Shown: piece by piece, positions 1 through 7,373 of the stretch
How the letters are laid out: each line of letters starts with the position of its first letter
How positions within the stretch are numbered: the first letter of the stretch is position 1
Source of the DNA: an uncultured Clostridia bacterium
GTDB lineage: Bacteria; Bacillota; Clostridia; Christensenellales; UBA1242
Assembly: GCA_944377485.1 (NCBI GenBank)
Contig: CALWFB010000001.1
Span: 12,138 to 76,137 of the forward strand
Direction of reading: 5' to 3'
Length of the DNA: 64,000 nt
Position numbers and translations under genes: made by a program
Notes under the pieces: model-generated
The model's database searches: none
Told to the model about the DNA's origin: nothing
The model's input: the letters and a program-made list of their open reading frames with translations, nothing else

Positions 1-1
1 T

Positions 2-310
2 CTTGATGAAAAGCCTGGTATCGAAAATTTAAAAACTAATAATGTTTCCCTAGCAATCTACATGTTCAATCGCCCAGATTTAAACAAGATTGGTGAGTAT
101 ATGGAACAAAACAAATCTGACAAAAAGAGAAGAGATTCATTAGGCTATTTCATAAATTACACCATTCAAAATTCTCCAACTTATACATACGAAATAGATG
201 GAGAATTTTGTGATATAGGCACACCTGATGAATATTACAAAATGAGACCTGCCGAAATTATTTATGATATATATTATAGCAATTCATCTCCTTTGAACAA
301 TAAAAAGTAG
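2..310 (+). CDS. sugar-phosphate nucleotidyltransferase family protein, C-terminal part (5' end outside window)
   Basis: The frame of ORF 62..310 stays open to the window edge (LDEKPGIENLKTNN...). The EKP and ...CDIGTPDEYY motifs resemble NTP_transferase enzymes. Confidence 0.5.
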   Translation, partial: LDEKPGIENLKTNNVSLAIYMFNRPDLNKIGEYMEQNKSDKKRRDSLGYFINYTIQNSPTYTYEIDGEFCDIGTPDEYYKMRPAEIIYDIYYSNSSPLNNKK

Positions 311-385
311 ATAAATCTACTTTTTTTATTTGTTAAAAATCATTTTCAAAACTAAATTTTTATGTTATAATAATATAGCAAATAT

Positions 386-459
386 GCGGGTGTCGTACAT
401 CGGTAGTACACGAGCTTCCCAAGCTTGTAAGGTGGGTTCGACTCCCATCACTCGCTCCA
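386..459 (+). tRNA. tRNA-Gly(CCC)
   Basis: 74-nt cloverleaf GCGGGTG...CTCGCTCCA. Anticodon stem CGAGC/GCTTG, loop TTCCCAA. T-arm GGTGGGTTCGACTCCCATC. CCA is encoded. Confidence 0.9.
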
Positions 460-755
460 ATAACCTATATCAATCTTAACTTGTCGGCGGTTCGTACACT
501 TCATCTGTTGTCGTTTTAAAACTAACAAATAAAGTTAAAAGAGTTTTACAATTAATAAATGTTAAAATAATAAAACTGATAATGAATTTCTTTTTTAATA
601 ATCTGTTTCATTAAAATATAAGTATAAACTAATGAATCTTATGTAAAATTGTTTTTTGTTATAGATTTTTATATTAAATTATAGAATTAATGTCGACATT
701 GATTTAAATAACTTTTTATTAAAATTAACAAAATAAAAAAATTGTAGAAAAAATC

Positions 756-784
756 TTGACAATCAAAATTTTTTCATATATACT
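756..784 (+). promoter_or_regulatory. sigma70-type promoter for the tRNA-Met/tRNA-Glu unit
   Basis: TTGACA (756-761), 17-nt spacer, TATACT (779-784), 14 nt upstream of the tRNA 5' end. Confidence 0.6.
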
Positions 785-798
785 AGGAAAGTAATCTT

Positions 799-874
799 GG
801 CGGTGTGGCTCAGCGGTTAAAGCAATCGGTTCATACCCGATAGATCGGTAGTTCGATTCTACCCACCGCCACCA
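799..874 (+). tRNA. tRNA with CAT anticodon (elongator Met or Ile2-lysidine type)
   Basis: 76 nt. Anticodon stem ATCGG/CCGAT, loop TTCATAC. G1-C72 and no GGG/CCC anticodon stem, so not an initiator. CCA is encoded. Confidence 0.9.
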
Positions 875-1114
875 ATTTGGTTGCTACAACAATTCTTCTC
901 TAATGTAGCATAAGATTACAATTCCTTTTATCCTATTGACCATTAAATTGGTCGATTATGCAGAAATGCATAATGAAAAACCTTCCTTTGTTTTATTAAT
1001 TATTGGTGACAACCAATAAAACCGAGAAAAGTACCGACATTAAGTTTTTCCTTATTGTCGGTATGCAAATCACTCGGGAATAGACAATAACTTAAAAATG
1101 ATAAATATAATCAT
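875..1114 (+). other. 240-nt structured spacer between tRNA-CAT and tRNA-Glu (candidate ncRNA or processing element)
   Basis: Series of hairpins: TGCTACA/TGTAGCA; ATTATGCA-GAAA-TGCATAAT; TTATTGGT-GACA-ACCAATAA; TACCGACATTAAG/CTTATTGTCGGTA enclosed by CCGAG/CTCGG. No ORF. Confidence 0.3.
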
Positions 1115-1189
1115 GGTCCCATGGTCAAGCGGTTAAGACACCACCCTTTCACGGTGGTATCAGGGGTTCGATTCCCCTTGGGACTACCA
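1115..1189 (+). tRNA. tRNA-Glu(TTC)
   Basis: 75 nt. Acceptor GGTCCCA/TGGGACT, anticodon stem CCACC/GGTGG, loop CTTTCAC. CCA is encoded. Confidence 0.9.
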
Positions 1190-1219
1190 AAAATACTATA
1201 TATAGTGTTTTTATCTTAT

Positions 1220-1262
1220 ATGACTTGTCTAGTTGTAGTGGTTAATGACAAGTCATTTTTTA
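1220..1262 (+). terminator. intrinsic terminator after the tRNA cluster
   Basis: ATGACTTGTC...GACAAGTCAT 10-bp stem followed by TTTTTT. Confidence 0.7.
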
Positions 1263-1523
1263 TTGTGAGTAGAATCTGAGTAGAATTCTGATTTGTTAAA
1301 TATATTTATATATTTAGTGTTGTCTTGTGCATTGTATTTCATATAAACAGATGCATTCAAACTCTGTTGAGCAGAGCGTAATCATAGATTGCTACCATTC
1401 GTTTGCTAAAAACTTGCCCATTGGGGCAACTTTTCTTAACACACTCACTTCCTGAAACTACCATATAGCAGATATCTGCCATTTTTATGTTAATAAATAT
1501 TATATTAAAAATTAAAAATAATC

Positions 1524-1552
1524 TTGATATCTAGTTCTTATTATGATAAAAT
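1524..1552 (+). promoter_or_regulatory. promoter giving a leaderless transcript of ORF 1559
   Basis: TTGATA-17 nt-TAAAAT, then 6 nt, then ATG at 1559. No Shine-Dalgarno. Confidence 0.5.
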
Positions 1553-1558
1553 ACCTCT

Positions 1559-2674
1559 ATGGATATTTATCAATGGGCTAAAAGTAATAATTTAATAACA
1601 AACAATGATTTTGAAAATCAAGCAGATATAAATTCTGCTTATGATTCTTTGATTGAGACCTCTTATCCAGAGTTAAACGCAAATTATATAAATGAAGTTC
1701 CAGAAAATAACTCTAATAGAGCAAATAAAATAAAAATTAAATCATTTTTGTATTTTAACTTAAACACTGACAGATTACAACAAAAGAATATATTGCTTAC
1801 AAGTGCATTGCAATATAAACTACTTACATGTAAAAAAAGAATAATGTCTATTGGTCTGTATAATCGTTCAATAGATACGACAAAAAAAGTTTGTAATTAT
1901 TCATATCTTTTGAAAGGAGTAATAAATCAAAACGAAAAAGATGTTGTTGTTTATTTTGTAAATACAATACAATTTAATTATAAAAATGCAAAAAGTACTT
2001 ATATTCACTCGTTGACAAAGCAACAAGTTGTAAACTTTGAAAAACTATTTTATTCCAATGAACCTGCACGCATCAACGAAATTTTATTTCTTGCCGACAA
2101 GGTTGATAATTTTTCAATTCATCAATACTTTCTACCATACGGTTTGGAAAGCAATACCATAACAGATGCTGTTTTATTATACAGATACGACCATACAGAC
2201 GCAAAACATATAAATTATAATTCATCAAATAATAACACAGCTCCTGTTTCTTACACTGCGCTATATCCCCCATATGTAGAATATCCTCACTTCCATTTTA
2301 CGACATCTTTTGGTAGCATTTATAAATTAAAATCCAATCAACAATCAAACAATTTTGGTGTTGGATACGCAATAGATGCACTTCAACTAAAAGAATATTT
2401 AATTCATTTATTAAATAAAGATGTCCCACTATATGATGATTTTGATTTTGGTATGCCTTTTAAAAGTTTAATTGATACAAAAGAAATTCCCTGTATAATA
2501 CGTATAAAAAAATTGATTAGAACTTTAGATAAATTGAATAATGCGATAAAAAAACAAAATATTTCGGCGGAATTTAAACTAGCATTGCTAATCACCCATT
2601 TATCAACGAATGATACATCTCCTGATATCGTAGAAATTTTCCGTCTAAGTGACTATAAAGATAATACATTGTAA
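1559..2674 (+). CDS. hypothetical protein (371 aa, no recognisable family)
   Basis: Long ORF with its own promoter. No motif that I recognise. Confidence 0.6.
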   Translation: MDIYQWAKSNNLITNNDFENQADINSAYDSLIETSYPELNANYINEVPENNSNRANKIKIKSFLYFNLNTDRLQQKNILLTSALQYKLLTCKKRIMSIGLYNRSIDTTKKVCNYSYLLKGVINQNEKDVVVYFVNTIQFNYKNAKSTYIHSLTKQQVVNFEKLFYSNEPARINEILFLADKVDNFSIHQYFLPYGLESNTITDAVLLYRYDHTDAKHINYNSSNNNTAPVSYTALYPPYVEYPHFHFTTSFGSIYKLKSNQQSNNFGVGYAIDALQLKEYLIHLLNKDVPLYDDFDFGMPFKSLIDTKEIPCIIRIKKLIRTLDKLNNAIKKQNISAEFKLALLITHLSTNDTSPDIVEIFRLSDYKDNTL

Positions 2675-2984
2675 AAATGATTACTAGTGTTCCAATGATT
2701 GAAGCCGCAAGACAAACCAAACTGATTGTTAAAGCCACTTTGCCAAATTTACGCTTGTTAATTTTTGTTTGATATTGTGAAAACGACACTCCGCCAAAGA
2801 CAAATGTACAAAGTGCAACAAATGCGAACGCATAGAAGACAATTGCTCCTAGTAGAGACATAACAGGCATCTGATATCCTTCGCCCTGTTGAGTCGCCAA
2901 GACGTTATCTGCAAAATTTGTTGCAAGCAACACCAGCAATATAACAGCCACAACGTCGATTACTGACAAAATAATACCCTGCAC
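2592..2984 (-). CDS. small multi-pass membrane protein; the reading frame continues upstream through an in-frame TAA to an ATG at 3083 with a strong SD
   Basis: 3-4 hydrophobic helices. Upstream in the same frame: GGAGAGGGAAGG-T-ATG FKWLKLLFGAKTQYLMLATKE TAA EEKDKSIKLG (GTG 2984). Confidence 0.5.
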   Translation of the reverse strand: MQGIILSVIDVVAVILLVLLATNFADNVLATQQGEGYQMPVMSLLGAIVFYAFAFVALCTFVFGGVSFSQYQTKINKRKFGKVALTISLVCLAASIIGTLVIIFTMYYLYSHLDGKFLRYQEMYHSLING

Positions 2985-3209
2985 ACCCAGTTTAATACTT
3001 TTGTCTTTCTCTTCTTATTCTTTTGTAGCGAGCATTAAATATTGTGTTTTAGCTCCAAACAATAATTTTAGCCATTTAAACATACCTTCCCTCTCCTTGT
3101 TATATATTATCATGCGTCCATGCTTTATGTCAGATAATTAAATTATAATATTTTTTATCTTTATAATAAAATTAAATTTATTACATTATATGCATTGAAA
3201 TTGTATAAA

Positions 3210-3941
3210 CTATTTTGAAATCTTATTAAATTCATACAGTGCAATCCCCACACTAATAGGGAGATTGAGACTATCAATTTTTTTACTATGTTCTATCACC
3301 ACACTCTCATCATAATCAAGTAAATTATCTGGTAATCCACTTGCTTCGTTGCCAAAAATTAAATCATATTTTTTATTATCAATATCAAATTTTCCTAATA
3401 TGTTTTTACCTTTCAACATAAAGAAATATTTTTTATTTTTACTATAATTCAAATATTCGCTAATTGAATCAAACTCTTTAATTTTTAATGAAAAGATTGC
3501 CCCCATGCTTGCTCTTATTACTTTTGGATTAAAATAATCCACTGCTGGTTTAATAATAATTAAATTTTCAACATTAAAGCCTAACATTGTACGCATAATC
3601 GTCCCCATATTTCCCATATCAGACGGGTTTACAAGCACGATATTATTTTTATTTGAAATAAATTTTGAATCGTATTTTTCAAATACTCCAACAACAAAAC
3701 AATTTTCTTTGCTAACTAATCGATTGATTAATTTATCGTTATATTCAATCTTTATGTTTTTTTCATTACAAATCTCCAACAATTTGTTAACATCTGGACT
3801 CATTTTCAATTTTGTACTAAGGATAACTTTGATTACTTTGTCAGAACAATTTTTTACTAATTCAAAAGTCGGAAAGATTCCAAATGCATATGAATATGCA
3901 TTATCTTTATCGTATTTTGCTAATTTTAATTCTTCTATCAT
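3210..3941 (-). CDS. TrmH/SpoU-family RNA 2'-O-methyltransferase
   Basis: SpoU-type C-terminal motifs (LVNPSDMGNMGTIMRT, IFGNEASGLP, SLNLPISVGIALYE). TGgTAAAAT lies 6 nt upstream of the ATG. Confidence 0.85.
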   Translation of the reverse strand: MIEELKLAKYDKDNAYSYAFGIFPTFELVKNCSDKVIKVILSTKLKMSPDVNKLLEICNEKNIKIEYNDKLINRLVSKENCFVVGVFEKYDSKFISNKNNIVLVNPSDMGNMGTIMRTMLGFNVENLIIIKPAVDYFNPKVIRASMGAIFSLKIKEFDSISEYLNYSKNKKYFFMLKGKNILGKFDIDNKKYDLIFGNEASGLPDNLLDYDESVVIEHSKKIDSLNLPISVGIALYEFNKISK

Positions 3942-4065
3942 AAAATGATTTTACCACATATAAAAATTTCAAACAACAAAATAAAAATATTTCATAAAAA
4001 ATTGTCATTTAATTTAAAAATTTGTTTTAAACGTAATTTTTCAACAATTAGTATAAAAATGCAAA

Positions 4066-4365
4066 ATGTCCGCACTTTCACAGGACGAATCTCGAAGTGG
4101 GAATAAAAAAATGACCGCCTAATAGGTCAATAATTACGCAGTAATTTGACAAAAGGGCGATTTATAATATAGGGCTCCCACAAGTGTCGTAAGATACGCA
4201 GTGGAAATAGCGAAGCAACTGCTTGATTGTGATGTTTTACATTCATTAAAATATAGGGCTCCCACAAGACGAATGTCGAAGTGGGAAAAATGGAGCGACC
4301 GATTATAAACTCACTGTTGCAATTTCTTTTGAAATTGCGGTGAGTAAAAATCGAGTCACTCCATC
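4066..4365. repeat. three tandem copies (A0, A1, A2) of a structured interspersed repeat, abutting the 3' end of tRNA-Ser(GGA)
   Basis: Hairpin module TCCCAC-(short inner hairpin)-GTGGGA at 4076-4102, 4176-4206 and 4260-4286. A1 and A2 both start ATATAGGGCTCCCACAAG. Confidence 0.6.
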
Positions 4366-4453
4366 TGGCGCAGAGAACAGGATTTGAACCTGCGGATGCT
4401 TTCACATCACACGATTTCCAATCGTGCTCATTCGACCGCTCTGACATCTCTGC
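4366..4453 (-). tRNA. tRNA-Ser(GGA)
   Basis: 88 nt. Acceptor GCAGAGA/TCTCTGC, anticodon loop TTGGAAA, long variable arm. CCA is encoded. Confidence 0.9.
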
Positions 4454-4461
4454 ATGCGGTT

Positions 4462-4490
4462 ATTATATAATAAAAAACTAAAATAATCAA
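4462..4490 (-). promoter_or_regulatory. promoter of tRNA-Ser(GGA)
   Basis: Reverse strand TTGATT-17 nt-TATAAT, 8 nt upstream of the tRNA 5' end. Confidence 0.6.
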
Positions 4491-4542
4491 TATATAAAAT
4501 GTAAAACAATATTAGATTTTATCTTAATAACTCATTATTGCG

Positions 4543-4572
4543 ACAAAAAATAAGCACTGTTGTGCTTATTTT
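4543..4572 (-). terminator. intrinsic terminator of the 4573..5079 gene
   Basis: AATAAGCAC-loop-GTGCTTATT followed by a T-run on the reverse strand. Confidence 0.7.
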
Positions 4573-5079
4573 TTATTTTTTCGCAATAGCCAAGCCTAAT
4601 CCAGATGTGACAATACCTGCAATAGTAATTACATATGGACCAGCATTAGGCAACATTGAAATAGCATCGTTTGTTCCTTGGAAGCATCCAACAAATAGTG
4701 CAATAATAAATACTAATGAACAAACGATTCCTACAATAGCTGCGATTTTCATAATAAGATTAAGTATACCAATGTTTAAGAAGAATTTTAAAACACAGAT
4801 AACCACAATCACAGCAACTGCGATAAGTGCAATCCACATAAAGATTCTAGCTGTTTGCCAAGCACCCAACCAGTCAGGACGCATAGCATCTGATAATTCA
4901 GCTCCCATATCGATTGTATCAAACCAATCGCTCATTGAAGCAGATTCAGAAAGGTCGCTAATTTGCCTTAAACTAGTGGTTATGAATTTGAAAGCCATAC
5001 CTACGAATGTAAAGATACCTGTCACAATAGCTACAATCTTTAAAATTAGACTTGTAGAATCAGTTTTCTTTTTTGCCAT
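4573..5079 (-). CDS. integral membrane protein (hypothetical)
   Basis: Start chosen at ATG 5079 (MAKKKTDS...), preceded by AGGAGG. Several TM helices. The plus-strand ORF 4538..5116 is its shadow. Confidence 0.6.
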   Translation of the reverse strand: MAKKKTDSTSLILKIVAIVTGIFTFVGMAFKFITTSLRQISDLSESASMSDWFDTIDMGAELSDAMRPDWLGAWQTARIFMWIALIAVAVIVVICVLKFFLNIGILNLIMKIAAIVGIVCSLVFIIALFVGCFQGTNDAISMLPNAGPYVITIAGIVTSGLGLAIAKK

Positions 5080-5336
5080 ATACCCTCCTTTTGTTATTAA
5101 CATAATAATCAATTAAAAATTTTATGTCAATCAAAATTCAAAACTTGCTTTAAAATTATGTATTTTTATTAAATATGCTACAATTAAAACTCGGACGATT
5201 TCCTTCTATACAAACTCTATTTTGTTATATATTATATTAATAATATCTAACTTATTTAAATAAGAGAGAATAAATTTTAAAAATCAGTATTGACGAAATA
5301 ATAACTTAGTGATATCATAAACATAGGAATTAAGTT

Positions 5337-5969
5337 ATGAAAAAACCTAAAAAATATTATATGTCAATTTATGGAAAAATTTTCGTAGGAAAATGTGTTT
5401 CAACGGAGTTAGTTAAAGTTTCTAATTTTTTAAATGATATTATAGAAGATTCTTATGTCTTGTATTCTGTTGTCTATAATCAAAATCTTATAGATGATTT
5501 TATCAATTCGCTTAATTTTATACTTAAACGATTTGATGTCTATATTAACAAATTCTCTAAAAATAATCTGGAAGAAAATGATGATTGGTTTAACATCATC
5601 ACGCAAGATATAATCGCATTATATTCATCAATCGAAACGGTGCAGGACAAGTTTTCACCAGAAAAAATCAATATGGCAAAAATACCTTACTATAATAGTA
5701 TATATAACGACTTGACTGAAATATTGCATAATTTGTCTGACATATTATACTATTATTTCCGTATAGAAGATTTTGCAGAAGATGATAGAACCAAGTTCAA
5801 TCCCGAAACTCAAACTGGATTCTCTTTATTAGACAATTATAATGGAGATATTGATGTCATTCCTCGACATGCTGGATTTTATGACGTAAACAAAAAGAGC
5901 ATTATTAAAAAAGAAATCGTAAGCATTAGACGAGCAAAATATATAAATAAAAATATTGATAATTTATAA
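5337..5969 (+). CDS. hypothetical protein (210 aa)
   Basis: ORF with TTGACG-17-TATCAT promoter and AGGAA SD. No family recognised. Confidence 0.55.
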   Translation: MKKPKKYYMSIYGKIFVGKCVSTELVKVSNFLNDIIEDSYVLYSVVYNQNLIDDFINSLNFILKRFDVYINKFSKNNLEENDDWFNIITQDIIALYSSIETVQDKFSPEKINMAKIPYYNSIYNDLTEILHNLSDILYYYFRIEDFAEDDRTKFNPETQTGFSLLDNYNGDIDVIPRHAGFYDVNKKSIIKKEIVSIRRAKYINKNIDNL

Positions 5970-6003
5970 TCAAAAAAAAGGCAATTGTTATTCATTGTCT
6001 TTT

Positions 6004-6501
6004 TTATTTTAAAATACCTTCTATTTGCAGTAATTTAACTTTTCGAGCAATACCACCTGCATATCCAGTCATCTTACCATTACTTCCTAAAACCCTATGG
6101 CAAGGTATTATAATAGAAATAGGATTGTGTCCAACAGCCCCTCCTACTGCACGTGCAGACATTCTTTTATGTGTATGTTTAGCAATTATATCGGCTATCT
6201 CTTTATAACTAATTGTTTTACCATAAGGAATATTTTTTAATATTTCCCATACCTTTTTACGAAAATCAGTACCTTCTAATTCGATAGGAATATTTACATT
6301 ATCCACAATCTTTCCACTAAAATAAGCATCTAAATAATTTTTGACTTTTTTAAAAATCAAAAGTGTATCATTTTCCACATAGCCCTTAATATGCGCCTGA
6401 TTAAAATATCTTTGATTCGAAAAATATAATCCAAAAAGTTTTTCTCCATTACTTGTTGCAATCATCTCACCTAATGGCGAATTATATACAAAATAATACA
6501 T
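6004..6501 (-). CDS. ogt: methylated-DNA--protein-cysteine methyltransferase
   Basis: Active-site PCHRV (IIIPCHRVLGSNG) and a typical C-terminal HTH region. Confidence 0.9.
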   Translation of the reverse strand: MYYFVYNSPLGEMIATSNGEKLFGLYFSNQRYFNQAHIKGYVENDTLLIFKKVKNYLDAYFSGKIVDNVNIPIELEGTDFRKKVWEILKNIPYGKTISYKEIADIIAKHTHKRMSARAVGGAVGHNPISIIIPCHRVLGSNGKMTGYAGGIARKVKLLQIEGILK

Positions 6502-6583
6502 TCCTTCTCCCTACTATATAAATCTATTGACATACTCATTATAACATAGTTATAAAAAAATAAAAAGGTCAAATTTGACCTTT

Positions 6584-7094
6584 TTAAAATTTTATACATC
6601 TTTTTATCTCACAACAAAAGCATTTGTTAAAATTGCATCTACGACTTCGATTGCAACAATTTTTTCTACGATTGTATCTACTAGAACAATTTGAATTGCA
6701 GCAACATCCACACGATATATAACCACAAATGTTTTTCATAATTTTACATTTGTGTCTAATACATTTAGGCACTGGATTTCTTGGAAAAACTCGTGTTATC
6801 ACTTCATTACTTAACGATACTTCTGGTGGAAACACTGAATTATCTGCAACCAGAGAAATGTTTCTAATTTCTGTTGGCATACTAATTCACCGTCACATCA
6901 AACTCAACCACTGTACTAGCACCCACTGCAAGATTTGGAAGAGCAAAACCAACAGCTGGATTACTTCCTGGTTGAAATATACCATCAATTTTTACACTAT
7001 TTGCAACAAAAGTTGTACCAGTTGGTATGACATCTGTAAATACGAGATTTGTTTTTAATAGTGTACCTGTATTTGTGATTGTGCTGACACGCAA
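6584..7094 (-). pseudogene. DUF11-like repeat-domain surface protein remnant with a Cys-rich tail (5'-truncated, frame-shifted)
   Basis: ORF 6882..7094 (VSTITNTGTLLKTNLVFTDVIPTGTTFV...VEFDVTVN) ends at TAG. The domain continues (IRNISLVADNS...) in the adjacent ORF 6584..6880 in another frame. No signal peptide or N-terminus. Confidence 0.45.
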
Positions 7095-7373
7095 AAATAT
7101 GTAAATATACTCAACAATGAATCAGCATACATATATTCACTAGGACTAAATTATGATGGACAGACCGGCAGTGTCAAGATACAGAAGTTAAATCAAGAAG
7201 TTCAAAACGAAATCTATTTTGAGACAATAACCGAGAGCGAATTCTTATCAGAAATCAAGAACCAACTTTTAGACACCACTCTAACAGACGAGAAGATAAC
7301 GAGTTTTTACAACAAATTCAAAGCAGAGGATTCCACTTTCACTCTCTCATTAAAGGATAAAATCACAATTGAT

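Noticed and set aside
1357-1482. 41-codon minus-strand ORF MADICYMVVSGSECVKKSCPNGQVFSKRMVAIYDYALLNRV in a GC-richer patch
   Set aside because: It has no SD or promoter and no recognisable family. It is probably a decayed gene fragment or a chance ORF.
4076-4286. Hammerhead, HDV-like or other known self-cleaving ribozyme identity for the repeat hairpin (GACGAATGTCGA)
   Set aside because: No CUGANGA/GAAA hammerhead core is present. The order of elements does not fit the HDV double pseudoknot, and the resemblance to CGAAUGGGA is superficial.
4127-4447. ORF-track CDS of 106 aa on the minus strand
   Set aside because: It runs through tRNA-Ser(GGA) and the tandem structured repeats. It has no SD and an implausible composition.
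4538-5116. 192-aa plus-strand ORF
   Set aside because: It is an antisense shadow of the minus-strand membrane protein, which has an AGGAGG SD and a terminator.
6729-7058. 109-aa plus-strand ORF
   Set aside because: It is an antisense shadow of the DUF11/Cys-rich remnant and has no SD.
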